Part shown: positions 1 to 9,889 of the stretch, piece by piece
Position numbering within the stretch: the first letter of the stretch is position 1
How the letters are laid out: the number at the start of each line of letters is the position of its first letter
IMG/VR virus record: IMGVR_UViG_3300042196_000409
Length of the DNA: 64,000 nt
Reading direction: 5' to 3' (one strand)
Source: a virus
Program-made: the position numbers and the translations under genes
Notes under the pieces: generated by a model
What the model saw: the letters and a program-made list of their open reading frames with translations, nothing else
What the model was told of the DNA's origin: nothing
The model's database searches: none

Positions 1-376
1 ACGGCGGCTCTGAGCATCGTTCGACCACTATTCGGTGGTCCCGCCGTGGAGGAATCGTTGTGGATGAACGCGTGGCCAGCTGTGTCGTGTAGCTCGCGGC
101 GACGTTTTTCGTCGGGGTGCAGCGCTTCGTTGATCTCGTGGGCCCATGGTCCATGCGAACAGAATAGGTTGTGCCTACTTGAATCTCGATCCGGCTTGAC
201 CAGGATCGTTGGAGCGCGTGCAGGCGTTGTCGTGATGCGTCGCACGTGGGCAACGCTTGTTGCCGCAGTCGCAGCAGACAACGAACGTTCGATGAAATGG
301 CCACAGCTCGCCGTATTGCGCGCGCAGTCGAGCTTCCTCGCACTCGAAACACCAGCAGGTCGTACTTGCCGACACG

Positions 377-880
377 CTAGCTCACGTACGCGACGACTTC
401 GTAGCGTCCAGTCTTGTCCATCTTGTGCCATTGGAGGGCGAGCATGTGGTTCACCTCGCGTCCGGCCTCGTCGTGCAGTTGCCAGCTCGCCTTGCCGTCG
501 CGGCCTACCAGGAGGAACTCTTCCTCCTCGGGGTCGAAGCGAAAGCCTGCGCGCTTCACGATCGCGAACAGATCGTCGTTCGGGATGGACTGGAAATACT
601 TGTTGTTGACGAGATCGTAGATCTGCTCGTTGGCCTTCTTGGCAGCCTTCGAGAGCTCTCTGCCGGAAGGCTTGCGTAGGGCTGCGCCTACGGCTGCATG
701 TGACCTGCGTGCGGGCTTGCCCGTCAACAGTGATCCCGGTACGGCATACAGCTTCTTTCGAGGGACACCGTAGTACGCAGCCGTGTTGTCCAGCGCGCTT
801 CGCTCGGACGACGCCTCGATCTCCGTGAGCGGATCTGCCGCGCCGATTTCGTAGATCGTCCAGATTTTCTTGATCGCCAT
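377..880 (-). CDS. hypothetical protein
   Basis: 167-aa ORF with balanced composition (not Arg-rich). No recognisable motif. Confidence 0.45.
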   Translation of the reverse strand: MAIKKIWTIYEIGAADPLTEIEASSERSALDNTAAYYGVPRKKLYAVPGSLLTGKPARRSHAAVGAALRKPSGRELSKAAKKANEQIYDLVNNKYFQSIPNDDLFAIVKRAGFRFDPEEEEFLLVGRDGKASWQLHDEAGREVNHMLALQWHKMDKTGRYEVVAYVS

Positions 881-967
881 GGCGAAGCTCCTACGTGCCG
901 CTCCGCAAGCTTATCGTCGGCCGGGACAAAAGGGGAATTTCCTGCGCTGTTCTGTCCCCACGTCAGC

Positions 968-1516
968 TTACGATCTGATCTTGGCAAGCGCTCGTTCGAG
1001 CTTCTCGATCTTGGCGCGGTGCTTCGCTTGCTCGCGCTCCAGCACTTCGTCGCGTAGCTCTGGTTTGACGAGTGAGCTTACCCGCGGCGTGCGGCTCGCC
1101 TCTCGCGCGAGGTCCTTCTCGATTTCTCTCGCGACTAGCTCGCGGCCCATCTCGGTGAGGTGGAGCATGCCACCGTTCCTTGGCTCGATCAGACCCAGCG
1201 CGAGCGTTCGTTTGATGTGTGGGGCGTCGACGGCGGCCATGCGGCTCGGAAACGATGGGCCGTGTTCGAGGACCATCTGCGTGAGTGCGAACAGGTTCAC
1301 GCCTGTAAGCGTCATCTTCTTCGGCGGAGCCTTCTTCGGGTACCCGAAGCCGAGAGCTTGCGCGACTTCGTAACGCTCTGCGGGCAGACCACCGGCTAAG
1401 ATGGCGTCAATTTCGGTGTCGAGCTGCTCACGGGTCTTGAGCCCGGGCTTCTTCGGGATTCGACCGAGGGCCTCGCGGATCTCCTGATCGAGCTGGGCCG
1501 TTCGCTTCTTGGCCAT
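968..1516 (-). CDS. hypothetical protein with N-terminal KKRTAQLDQEIREAL motif
   Basis: 182-aa ORF, coiled-coil-like. N-terminus carries the [KR]K[KR]TxxQLDxEI motif shared with 5 other ORFs in the window. Confidence 0.5.
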   Translation of the reverse strand: MAKKRTAQLDQEIREALGRIPKKPGLKTREQLDTEIDAILAGGLPAERYEVAQALGFGYPKKAPPKKMTLTGVNLFALTQMVLEHGPSFPSRMAAVDAPHIKRTLALGLIEPRNGGMLHLTEMGRELVAREIEKDLAREASRTPRVSSLVKPELRDEVLEREQAKHRAKIEKLERALAKIRS

Positions 1517-1904
1517 ACGGTACGAGATCGTATCATCGTTCCGATAGAATCGCGTCCATGGCGCTCACCCTGCCTGCTGATGCCGGCGAGCCGATGTCGG
1601 CGGTGCTCATCGCGAACTCCAAGGTCAAGCACCACGAGTTTCCAGCTCTCACGCGCCAGATTTCGCTGCGCAACACGGGTACGAATACGCTGTGGCTCTC
1701 GCTGGACGAGGGGAAGAGCTATTTCGATGTGGCATGCGGAACGTCGTGGGATGACAGAGTGAGCATGCGGGAGCTGTGGTACTGCACGCAGCTTGGGAAG
1801 ACGCGGTTCGTCGTGATTGGGTTGTCCCTCATGGACATTGGCGGGGACGGCGCTGGCGACAATGATTCGGCGCGGCGTCCGGCGAAGCCGCAGCTTTCCC
1901 GGCG

Positions 1905-2420
1905 GTGGCTACCGTCGCGCATCGGCCGGGATCGGAGGTAGTTACGCCGCTCACGCATTATCCCAAAACGGCGGAGAACCTGGTCTTTGCGTGGGTACAG
2001 CCGACTCCGCCGGACGTACCCCCGCAGGAAGGATTGCCAGACTTCTTGGGTCGCTCGTTCTCAGAGGTGAATCGCTTCGAGAAGGAAATTGTTCCCGGCG
2101 AAGTGGTGGTCGGTTATCACGACGCGCAGCCGTTCACGCGCTTTTACGGGTCGATCGCAAGTGATCAGCCTCTTGAGGTCACAATCTCGTTTTCGAATGA
2201 CGAGGTCGCCGGTGACGGGCGCACGATCAGCGACGATAATATCGGATCGCTCAGCTACGACGCCGAGGCGTTGAAGCAGTTTTACGATCCGAACAAGCAG
2301 GGTCCGACGGGAAAATACTTCTGCACGATCTTCGGGCACTGGATTCGCGTCGAGGTCAAGAACGTCGGCGAGAAGCCTACGGCGAAGCTACGCGTATACG
2401 TCAGAGGCTCGGTATTCTAG
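1905..2420 (+). CDS. hypothetical protein
   Basis: 171-aa ORF with protein-like composition. Start is ambiguous; the overlapping 1558-1941 ORF is in another frame. Confidence 0.4.
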   Translation: MATVAHRPGSEVVTPLTHYPKTAENLVFAWVQPTPPDVPPQEGLPDFLGRSFSEVNRFEKEIVPGEVVVGYHDAQPFTRFYGSIASDQPLEVTISFSNDEVAGDGRTISDDNIGSLSYDAEALKQFYDPNKQGPTGKYFCTIFGHWIRVEVKNVGEKPTAKLRVYVRGSVF

Positions 2421-2429
2421 TCTCGACGG

Positions 2430-2648
2430 ATGGCGAAGCATTCGGTCAAGACGCCGGTCGGCGGCAGCGTATGGACGCACTCGGTGGGAGTGGGTCAGCG
2501 TGTCGTTGTCGGCACGACCCTTTTGATCTGTGAGGTCATGAAAACGGAGTTTCCCGTCGAGGCGCCAGTCGATGGCGTCGTGAGCTGGCTCCGGCCGTGT
2601 GGAGATACGGTAGAAGCCGACGACGTCGTGGCTACGCTGGATGCGTAG
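2430..2648 (+). CDS. biotin/lipoyl-attachment domain protein (standalone, 72 aa)
   Basis: Hallmark biotinyl/lipoyl hairpin EVMKTE with the flanking V..AP.DG.V consensus. No partner carboxylase or E2 enzyme visible. Confidence 0.55.
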   Translation: MAKHSVKTPVGGSVWTHSVGVGQRVVVGTTLLICEVMKTEFPVEAPVDGVVSWLRPCGDTVEADDVVATLDA

Positions 2649-2649
2649 C

Positions 2650-3360
2650 TCAGTCTTCAGGGTTCCAGCGAGACGCTGGAACGGACGCTTGTCGCGGCTT
2701 GATGCGATACGTGACGCCCGGCTTTTTCTTTGCCTTGTACTCGTCCTGCGCTTCCTTCGCGTCTGCCCGCGTCGAGAAGTGTTCGTGGAGCACGCGTTCG
2801 TTCTTGGTGCGCGTGTTCACTTCGAGCAGATCGTAGACGGTGTGCTTGTCCGCGCGCCGGGTTGCGTGGCCTCTGAGCCGGCTCAGGTACTGGAAGTACA
2901 TTCGGGCCGTGGAGCCCGGCGCGTTCTTGCTCTTGCGGTAGCCGGCTTGTCGCGCGACCTCGGCAATGCGCGCGGCTTTGCTCATCGAGACGTCCGCGTG
3001 ATAGTCGCGCGTGAAGTCGACGCCCTCGGATTCGAGGAGACGTTTGGCCTCGTGGGGATCGAGCTTCTTCTTCCTTGCGTGGGACTGGCTCGGAGCCTTC
3101 GCCTTGCCTGTGAAGCGAAGGGCCTCAGCGGAGAACCACGTGGCGCCAGTGTGTCCGTCCTTGGACTTGGAAACGAGGTATGACAAAGCATCGCCCTTTG
3201 ATGGGCCGCTCTCGGTGTACATGCCGGGATGCGTGCTGTAACTGACGGCATGGCCGAATTGGCCTGGCTTCCAATACGGATGAGGACCCATGTCGTCGGT
3301 CTTCACGATCTGGACACGTCGCGGGGGTGTGATCGATGCTTGGATGTACTTGCCGGCCAT
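2650..3360 (-). CDS. hypothetical basic protein
   Basis: 236-aa ORF, Lys/Arg-rich with plausible composition. Confidence 0.45.
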   Translation of the reverse strand: MAGKYIQASITPPRRVQIVKTDDMGPHPYWKPGQFGHAVSYSTHPGMYTESGPSKGDALSYLVSKSKDGHTGATWFSAEALRFTGKAKAPSQSHARKKKLDPHEAKRLLESEGVDFTRDYHADVSMSKAARIAEVARQAGYRKSKNAPGSTARMYFQYLSRLRGHATRRADKHTVYDLLEVNTRTKNERVLHEHFSTRADAKEAQDEYKAKKKPGVTYRIKPRQASVPASRWNPED

Positions 3361-3431
3361 GCGGTGCCTCTGGTTCGAGCTTACGTCACACGTGCCTGTT
3401 CAAGCCAGAATCAAGGGATACGTTTCAAATT

Positions 3432-3848
3432 TCAAATACCGAGCTTCATGCCGAGGAGTTCCATCTTGGCGAGCTGGGACTCGGCTTCCTTGAGGGCGGT
3501 GTAGACGTCCTTGATCGTGTCATTCAGGATCCCGCCAAGGTCTTCGAACGCACTCCCTGCTAGGGAGATTTCTTCGACGTTCGAAGCAAGATCGTTGATT
3601 CGGTCTTGGATCGCGCGCGCCTGGTTGGCATCTGTGCTGGAGGCTTCCTCGGGCAGTTTGTCGACGATGTCGTCGGCAAGCTGTCCAAGGCGATCGTAGA
3701 CGCGTTCACGGTCTGTGGCGTGCTGCTTGTCGATCTTGGCGACCTGTCGAATTGTTTCTTTGCTCGCTTCGTGGAGCTTGGCGATCGCTTCGCGTGTATC
3801 AGCGATACGTGCACGCGTCCGCCGAGCGAAGTCTTCGGTCATCGTCAT
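3432..3848 (-). CDS. hypothetical coiled-coil protein
   Basis: 138-aa ORF with heptad-like acidic/leucine pattern. Confidence 0.45.
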   Translation of the reverse strand: MTMTEDFARRTRARIADTREAIAKLHEASKETIRQVAKIDKQHATDRERVYDRLGQLADDIVDKLPEEASSTDANQARAIQDRINDLASNVEEISLAGSAFEDLGGILNDTIKDVYTALKEAESQLAKMELLGMKLGI

Positions 3849-4177
3849 GAGCGCACAGTCTCCAAACTAAGGGCCTCGAGCGCGGACTCTCGAACGGCAC
3901 CTGATCGATCATGGGCTGCGATGGCCGTCAACCGCGCATGGATCACCGGATCATCGGCGAGCTGCTTTGAAAGCCCGTAGATCGCGCCCTCGCGAACGGT
4001 TGGTGATTCATGGTCGAGCAACGCAAGCAATGCCGTACGTGCCGCGGGCAAACATCCAGCTACCTCCGCCGCGAAGGACAGCTCCCATGGTGGCAGCGTC
4101 CTACGCAACAGCTCGGTGATCAGAAGATCGGGATCGCTGTTCGCCAGCGCTTGCCAGTGCAACAGCGGGTTGGGCAT
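3845..4177 (-). CDS. HEAT/PBS-lyase-type repeat protein
   Basis: Two repeats of the pattern SPxVRExAxxAL (TVREGAIYGL / SGAVRESALEAL). Start overlaps the upstream stop. Confidence 0.5.
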   Translation of the reverse strand: MPNPLLHWQALANSDPDLLITELLRRTLPPWELSFAAEVAGCLPAARTALLALLDHESPTVREGAIYGLSKQLADDPVIHARLTAIAAHDRSGAVRESALEALSLETVRS

Positions 4178-4271
4178 CGGTACCTACGAGGGTACTTCGT
4201 GGGAACGTGTTCTCGCCAGCATGCGGTGCTCGCAGCGGGATCTTTGCAGCCCCGGATCCCTGGATCACGAG

Positions 4272-4862
4272 CTATTCGACGGCGTGCATGGCGCGCGTCG
4301 ACCAATAGACGATCGCTTCGGCGAACTGCGCGGCGGTGTATTCCGCCTTGGTGCCTCCTGGAAGCGCCAAGAAGTTCCTGGCCATGGCCATCGGAGAAAT
4401 CGGCTCTGGCTCGGCGCTCGTGCGCGCGTTGAGGCTGACGATCTCGTAGTCGGTGTCTGCCTCCGGGTGCTCTCCTTCTTCGACGAGGAGCGCGCGGCTG
4501 TAGAGGATGATGTCGACGGCGATCGCCTCGGTTTTACGGCCTTGCGCTTCGACCGTGATGGCCGCGGCTTCACCGGGTCTCCGCGCGGCAAACCGTGCAC
4601 GCAACGGCGTCGTCTCGGTCAGCACGGTGACTCCGCTGTAGAATTGGAAGCCGGCGAAGCACGGCGGGACGCTCAACACCACGACGCCCGGCCTGTAGCC
4701 GTCCTTGGTGGTCGCATCGAGCTTGGTGGGCTCTTCCATGCATTCCTCGACGTGAACTTCGAGGGTGCGCCAGTCGGCGGTGCGACCGATCGGATCGGAG
4801 AGGAAACTGAAGGGTGATTCGGCGGTCTGCCGCTTCACGAAGTCGCTGCACTTGATCTTCAT
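4272..4862 (-). CDS. hypothetical protein
   Basis: Start placed at internal ATG (MKIKCSDF...) of the 253-aa track ORF. The upstream part of that ORF is Arg/Ala-rich junk. Confidence 0.45.
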   Translation of the reverse strand: MKIKCSDFVKRQTAESPFSFLSDPIGRTADWRTLEVHVEECMEEPTKLDATTKDGYRPGVVVLSVPPCFAGFQFYSGVTVLTETTPLRARFAARRPGEAAAITVEAQGRKTEAIAVDIILYSRALLVEEGEHPEADTDYEIVSLNARTSAEPEPISPMAMARNFLALPGGTKAEYTAAQFAEAIVYWSTRAMHAVE

Positions 4863-4908
4863 GGTGTCCTTTTGGTGATGTCTGGCGCTCTGTTCATGGG
4901 CTCTGCTC

Positions 4909-5181
4909 TCATGACGCTGCACGCGTTGTGATCTGACAGCGCGCCGCGATCTTTTCGCAGCGCCTGCACGTCGCGTTGCCGCACGGCACTTGGCGCTGGC
5001 CGATTTCGATGCCGCAGATCGTGCGGTGGCCATCGCGCGTGAGGTGCTCGCGGATGTTGCCGCTGTCGTCGATCCGGTCGACCTTGGTCATCTGGTGAAC
5101 TGGACGCACAGGGGTAGTCGGATCGGACAGGCCCGCGGCGCCGTCGGTCGGCGGGTTTGTGGGCGGGGCGGTTTTCGTCAT
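4909..5181 (-). CDS. small Cys-rich (zinc-ribbon-like) protein
   Basis: Cys-rich stretch ICGIEIGQRQVPCGNATCRRCEKIAARC. Alternative to the overlapping plus-strand reading. Confidence 0.3.
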   Translation of the reverse strand: MTKTAPPTNPPTDGAAGLSDPTTPVRPVHQMTKVDRIDDSGNIREHLTRDGHRTICGIEIGQRQVPCGNATCRRCEKIAARCQITTRAAS

Positions 5182-5722
5182 CTACGGATACGACGGTAAA
5201 ATCCCCGCGGATCTGACAGCCGATCTGCTGATCTTCGGAAAACCGCGTCGAGGCAAGGGTTTTCATGGTAGAGATCGGTCGATGCCGGCCCACGCTCGCG
5301 TCAACGGCAGCGTCAGCGATTCCCATGCGGCAGGGCGCGCTCGGCAGCGTCTCAAGCTCGCGGCGATCGGCTACGTGAACGCTCGGCACGGCATCGACAC
5401 TGACGTCGATCTGGCGCGCGGGGGGCTCATGGTCCTGTGCCAGATGGCGATCGAGTTTGTCGCCGCGCTTCCAGGGACACACCTGAAGAATCGTCGGATC
5501 GATCTCTATGCCCAGGGCAACAACGAGAGGCTCAAGCTCGCCGCAATCGCCTACGTGAGCGCTCGGCACGGCATCGACGCTGATGTTGGGATGACTCGCG
5601 AGGGACTCGCGCTCTTGTGCCAGGCATCGATCGACTTTGTCGAATCGTTGCCACGGGACGATCAGGCCGCGAAACGGTCAACCGATCCTCACCACCAGAT
5701 CGGAAATGGGGTGCAGCCTTGA
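5159..5722 (+). CDS. hypothetical protein with tandem internal duplication
   Basis: Two ~45-aa repeats: RLKLAAIGYVNARHGIDTDV..LCQMAIEFVAALP and RLKLAAIAYVSARHGIDADV..LCQASIDFVESLP. Confidence 0.4.
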   Translation: MGGAVFVIYGYDGKIPADLTADLLIFGKPRRGKGFHGRDRSMPAHARVNGSVSDSHAAGRARQRLKLAAIGYVNARHGIDTDVDLARGGLMVLCQMAIEFVAALPGTHLKNRRIDLYAQGNNERLKLAAIAYVSARHGIDADVGMTREGLALLCQASIDFVESLPRDDQAAKRSTDPHHQIGNGVQP

Positions 5723-5805
5723 CTGATTCGTCCAAATTGCTGAAGTCCTGGCCGCCGATCGCGTGTGACATCCTCGTCGACGCCGCTCGCTACTACTACA
5801 GCGAG

Positions 5806-6096
5806 ATGAAGGAGCCGTGGCCGGTTCCCGCTGCGATCATGGAGCGCTCGATCGAGTTGGCGAACAAGGAGATTGCTGCGAAGCAGAGTGAGATCTACGA
5901 GGACGCATCCTCGCGCTGGATCAACCGTTGGGAGAGCGGCAAGCTCGACGCCGAGATGAGGCGCATGATCGAGGAAACGTATCGGAGGTTGTCTCGTGCT
6001 GAGGGCATGATTCGCCCGCGCGCGAGTGCCAGGAAGAAGAGTCCGAGGCAGCTCGACACCGAGATCGCCGCCACGCTCTCCGAGAAACGGAGATAG
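5806..6096 (+). CDS. hypothetical protein with C-terminal RKKSPRQLDTEIAATL motif
   Basis: Start at internal Met of the track ORF; a TTG at ~5721 is an alternative start. C-terminal shared motif. Confidence 0.45.
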   Translation: MKEPWPVPAAIMERSIELANKEIAAKQSEIYEDASSRWINRWESGKLDAEMRRMIEETYRRLSRAEGMIRPRASARKKSPRQLDTEIAATLSEKRR

Positions 6097-6278
6097 GATA
6101 GCCGGATGGGTCCGATGATCCTTCAACGGCAAGTCTTGCCCCCGCGCCAGGCGCCGCGTGAGCCGCACGACTTAGTGTCGGAGGCGCAGGTCCGCGCTGC
6201 GATTGCGCGAGCGATCTGGACGTTGGCGGCCCTTGTCGTACTCATGAATGTGGTCGCGCGCATGTTGGGGACGGGGCT

Positions 6279-6902
6279 GTGATCGACGGTCTTTCGGCGA
6301 GCACGATCTTTGGCTTGTCCTTTCTGGGCGCCTTGTTCGCGATCCTGGCCTCGCTGCTATTCGTCTACACGTACGTGATGCTGTGGCTCCTTCCGAGGAT
6401 CAAGCGTGGCTTCCGCGCGCTCGTCGCGGAGATCGGCCCCAAGGCGGTGTTCGAGCGCATGGACCTGGATCCGGTGGAGATGATGCAGCAGTTCGGCGTC
6501 GCTCCGGCAGCCGCGGAGGCACGCGCTGTTGGGATCGTCTTCACATGTGAGGATCACGGGCGGTGCTTCGGTTGCCCCAAGGTGCTCGCGCAGTTCGAGG
6601 CCATTATTCGGCACCAGGGTGAGGACAGTTTCGACGAGGTCGAGCGGAAGACCTACGCGCAACTGCGCGAGCAACTCTCGCGCGACGCACTCCTCGACGG
6701 CGAGTCGGAGACCGAGCGGCAGAAGCGGATCGCGGCGCGTGTTATCGAGACGCTTGTTCGTGAAGGGTTCGCTGTTACTCACGTTCGCGGTGTGGTGTGG
6801 GCGATCGGCAAGGATGATCGCGCGACGTTTGTCGGCTGGCTCACGGCAGCGCGCACTTGCTGCGAGAAGCTTACCGAGCAAGACGAGCAGGAGGTCGCAT
6901 GA
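6279..6902 (+). CDS. membrane protein
   Basis: N-terminal TM helix FGLSFLGALFAILASLLFVYTYVMLWLL followed by a soluble domain. Confidence 0.5.
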   Translation: MIDGLSASTIFGLSFLGALFAILASLLFVYTYVMLWLLPRIKRGFRALVAEIGPKAVFERMDLDPVEMMQQFGVAPAAAEARAVGIVFTCEDHGRCFGCPKVLAQFEAIIRHQGEDSFDEVERKTYAQLREQLSRDALLDGESETERQKRIAARVIETLVREGFAVTHVRGVVWAIGKDDRATFVGWLTAARTCCEKLTEQDEQEVA

Positions 6903-7348
6903 GCGCTGGATACGGTCGCGGATATTACGGCGACGGGCAACTTGCCCGCAGTGCGCCACGAAAGAGGAGCTGGTTCACCATCGTGGCCGTGCTCGGCGTC
7001 GGCTCGGCGGCGGTTTGGCTCTTGTGGCCGCGTAAAGCGGCGCCAGATTTCGGGGCCGTCTACAAGGAACCCGAGCTTCTGACGCCGGCACCAACGCTGC
7101 CGACATCTCCCCTGGTCGTGATCAACACGACCAGCGCGCCGCTTGCGACACCCGCGCCGTTTGCGACACCCGCGCCGTTCGGCGGCATGCTCAAGCAGCT
7201 CGAGGATGACGCGCGAGCTCGCGGGTTTATTTCGGTGAAGAACTACGAAGACTCGGTGATCGCGACGGCCAAGCAGCTTCAGGCCACAGGCGCGAAAGTG
7301 GTTCTTGCTCCACACCTACAGCACCTGGCTCCGCAGCTAGAGTCCTGA
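6899..7348 (+). CDS. membrane-anchored Pro/Ala/Thr-rich protein
   Basis: ATGA overlap with the upstream gene. TM segment WFTIVAVLGVGSAAVWLLW followed by a PAPF repeat linker. Confidence 0.45.
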   Translation: MSAGYGRGYYGDGQLARSAPRKRSWFTIVAVLGVGSAAVWLLWPRKAAPDFGAVYKEPELLTPAPTLPTSPLVVINTTSAPLATPAPFATPAPFGGMLKQLEDDARARGFISVKNYEDSVIATAKQLQATGAKVVLAPHLQHLAPQLES

Positions 7349-7388
7349 AGAGGAAGCGTATGTCCGTGGTCGAGACCCCCACGATCTA

Positions 7389-8390
7389 TTGGCCGGTGCC
7401 GTAACCGTGTCTGCGCGGCGCTTCGTTTGCGGCGCTTGTGGTCACGTACACGCTGCCTGGGCGGCGCGCTGCGCGAGCTGCTACTCGCACGGTCTTGCCC
7501 TTGCTTCTGAAGTGCCGGCACCCGCGCTCGTTCAATCACGCCCGGTTGCGGCGCAGAGCGCTCCGCAGCAGCAGGAAGAGCGTACTGTGCCGGAGCTTTC
7601 TCGTTTGCGTCTGGTGCGTGCACCCTCGCCCGAGCCCGAAATCTCGCCCGAGGAGCTGGTCGACGATGATGTGACTCCGTTGGATTCATCGTCTCCAGCG
7701 CCTGTCCCGATTACCGAGATCGCCACCGAGACGTCGTTCGTGCGTGACTCGACGGGCCTGACGCCGCTCGATCATGTGCTGGGCGGAGGTTTGGTAGCAG
7801 CGTCCGTCATCCTACTCGCGTCGCCGCCGGGCATTGGAAAAACATCGCTGACGCTTCAGATGCTCGCCGGCCTGGGGCACAGGTGCCTCTACGTTACGGG
7901 CGAGGAGACGCGAGAGCAGATCGCCGGGACCGCACAGCGCATCGGCGCACTGACGCCACGCTTGTATGTGCTCTGCGAGAACGATCTTGCGACGATTTTC
8001 GCGCATGCTCGAGCGATGCGTGCTCAGACGATCGCGATCGATTCGATCCAGAAAATGGTGTGCGATGACGTCAACGGTCGCGCCGGATCGACGGGACAGC
8101 TCAAGGAGTGCACGGCCCGCCTGGTTCACTATGCGAAGAATAACGAAACGGCTCTCTGGCTCATTGGGCACGTCACGAGTGACGGTGACGTCGCCGGTCC
8201 CAAGACGATCGAGCACGACGTCGACGTCGTGCTCGAGCTGTCACCAGGCCCGAAGTTCGAGGGCAATGAGCGAATTCTGCGATGCCCTGGTAAGAACCGC
8301 TTCGGACCTACCAACGTGGTGGGACACTTCGAACTGACCGCCAAGGGGTTTGTTGCCGTCGACGCCGACGGGTGGAACGAGGAACTGTAA
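7389..8390 (+). CDS. RadA/Sms-like RecA-fold ATPase with N-terminal C4 zinc ribbon; no Lon-like C-domain
   Basis: CGACGHV..CASC zinc ribbon. Walker A LASPPGIGKTSL and RadA-type KNRFGP motif. 333 aa, shorter than bacterial RadA. Confidence 0.75.
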   Translation: MAGAVTVSARRFVCGACGHVHAAWAARCASCYSHGLALASEVPAPALVQSRPVAAQSAPQQQEERTVPELSRLRLVRAPSPEPEISPEELVDDDVTPLDSSSPAPVPITEIATETSFVRDSTGLTPLDHVLGGGLVAASVILLASPPGIGKTSLTLQMLAGLGHRCLYVTGEETREQIAGTAQRIGALTPRLYVLCENDLATIFAHARAMRAQTIAIDSIQKMVCDDVNGRAGSTGQLKECTARLVHYAKNNETALWLIGHVTSDGDVAGPKTIEHDVDVVLELSPGPKFEGNERILRCPGKNRFGPTNVVGHFELTAKGFVAVDADGWNEEL

Positions 8391-8394
8391 TGCT

Positions 8395-8739
8395 TCAGTA
8401 CCCTGCGGCGCGGTACGCCTGTGCCTCGGCAGCAAGCTGAGCGATCGGTGTGTTCAGGAGCCTTGCGATCCCGTACGCGAGTGCGTCGATGAAAGCGAAG
8501 TCCTCCGGTGAGATGAGTGCTCGCGCAAGACGTAGCACTTGATCGTCGGATAGTGCTCCTGCTTGATACAGTCGCTCAGCTTCTTGGCTGAGCTGGTTGA
8601 GCTGCTCACGCGATAGCAGCTCGGCTCGGCGCAGGCGGCCGACCTCGTAGCAGAACCAGTCCCAAGCGTCGCAGCTCGATTGCATTGGATGGATCGATGA
8701 TACTACGGTCGAGACCTTGAGGGTGATCATCAAACGCAC
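8395..8739 (-). CDS. hypothetical protein
   Basis: 114-aa ORF with balanced composition. Confidence 0.4.
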   Translation of the reverse strand: MRLMITLKVSTVVSSIHPMQSSCDAWDWFCYEVGRLRRAELLSREQLNQLSQEAERLYQAGALSDDQVLRLARALISPEDFAFIDALAYGIARLLNTPIAQLAAEAQAYRAAGY

Positions 8740-8786
8740 GTCGGGTCAGCGGAGTGCGGTCGAGTTCATCAAGTTGGAGCTGTCGC

Positions 8787-9548
8787 TCAAACACGCCATT
8801 CGACCACATCGCCACGATCCCGGGCCCATTCATCGTGGCGCTCTGCCTCGCGCTCCGAGCGGAAGCCTGCTCCGCAGGAACAGCGATACTCCTTGTCGCT
8901 CTTGGAAGAGATGGTGTGCTTCCGTGGAGCTTTGGTGATCTTGGTTGTCGTCGCGTGCGATCTGCGTCCCGGTGTGCGACTCAGCGGTCGTCCCGTAGCA
9001 GCCTTGAAGGACAGATCAGCTGGCCATCCCCACGTTCGACCACTGCGGTAGCGATCGATTTGCTCGGGTGTCATGCCTGACTGGGAATCGCCAAGTGCTT
9101 CAGCGATCTCTCGATCCAATTGGGCCGGTGACTTCTTCGTCGCGTGATGGCGTGACTTCGCAGGTGACGCTGACGCGCCTGACGCGCCTGACAAAAGCTC
9201 GACCTTGTAGAGCTTGCCCTTTGGCGGCCCAAGACTGACGTAACCCTCCTGTCCAGTGCCGAGGTTTCTCGACCACCAGCGATCCAACCCTTGGCCGAAT
9301 CGATCCTGATCGCTCTCGCGCTCTCGCAAGATCTCGACGTCGGCGCCCTGATACCGGAAGCGCAATCCTGGTTTCAGATCCTTCGCAGCAAGATCCTTTG
9401 TGCGCTTCTTGGGCATCGGCTCTTGGCAGCCTACCGTTTCAAGGGACAAAGTTGAAGTTTCACGCGCGCTGTCACCAGCGACGGCAAGACGCCGGATCGC
9501 GGCGTGGTCAAGGCGCTTTCCAACGTGCTCGACAAGCTGCGTAAACAT
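8787..9548 (-). CDS. hypothetical protein with internal TKKSPAQLDREIAEAL motif
   Basis: 253-aa ORF; shared motif encoded around 9085-9140. C-terminal CSCG..H cluster. Confidence 0.5.
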   Translation of the reverse strand: MFTQLVEHVGKRLDHAAIRRLAVAGDSARETSTLSLETVGCQEPMPKKRTKDLAAKDLKPGLRFRYQGADVEILRERESDQDRFGQGLDRWWSRNLGTGQEGYVSLGPPKGKLYKVELLSGASGASASPAKSRHHATKKSPAQLDREIAEALGDSQSGMTPEQIDRYRSGRTWGWPADLSFKAATGRPLSRTPGRRSHATTTKITKAPRKHTISSKSDKEYRCSCGAGFRSEREAERHDEWARDRGDVVEWRV

Positions 9549-9589
9549 CCCGCGGGTTAGCCTGTCAGACGCTCTACGTAGGCTACCGC

Positions 9590-9889
9590 ATGGCCAAGAA
9601 GCAGACTCGTCGGAGTGTGTCGCTCAATCGAAACGATTACGAGGCCGCCAAGCTAGAGGCCGCCCGCCGCGGCATGACGCTCTCGGGACTCGTCGAGTCG
9701 GGGCTTGCGGCGATCGGTGTCGCGGTGGTTGCGCACACGCAGCAAACGGTGGAGCTGGCACAAGTGAGTGCAGCGCGCCGGGCCGAGAGCCTGGCGGCCC
9801 GGCAGGCTGGTAGGAACATGGAACCTCGCCCGTTACGCGAGCCACAGATGCATGGGGATCAGGTCGCGGATGTTTGCGGGTTTGCGTGA
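9590..9889 (+). CDS. ribbon-helix-helix (CopG/Arc-like) DNA-binding protein
   Basis: N-terminal RSVSLNRNDYEAAKLEAARRGMTLSGLVE matches the RHH beta-strand plus helix pattern. Confidence 0.5.
   Translation: MAKKQTRRSVSLNRNDYEAAKLEAARRGMTLSGLVESGLAAIGVAVVAHTQQTVELAQVSAARRAESLAARQAGRNMEPRPLREPQMHGDQVADVCGFA

Noticed and set aside
46-609. Long Arg/Pro/Ser-rich ORFs such as 46-609(+), 4859-5569(-), 24766-25344(-), 44664-45557(+), 48312-49427(-), 18270-19901(-) and 18992-20299(+)
   Set aside because: Composition typical of out-of-frame or antisense readings in 66% GC DNA. Each overlaps a better, domain-containing ORF on the other strand or frame.
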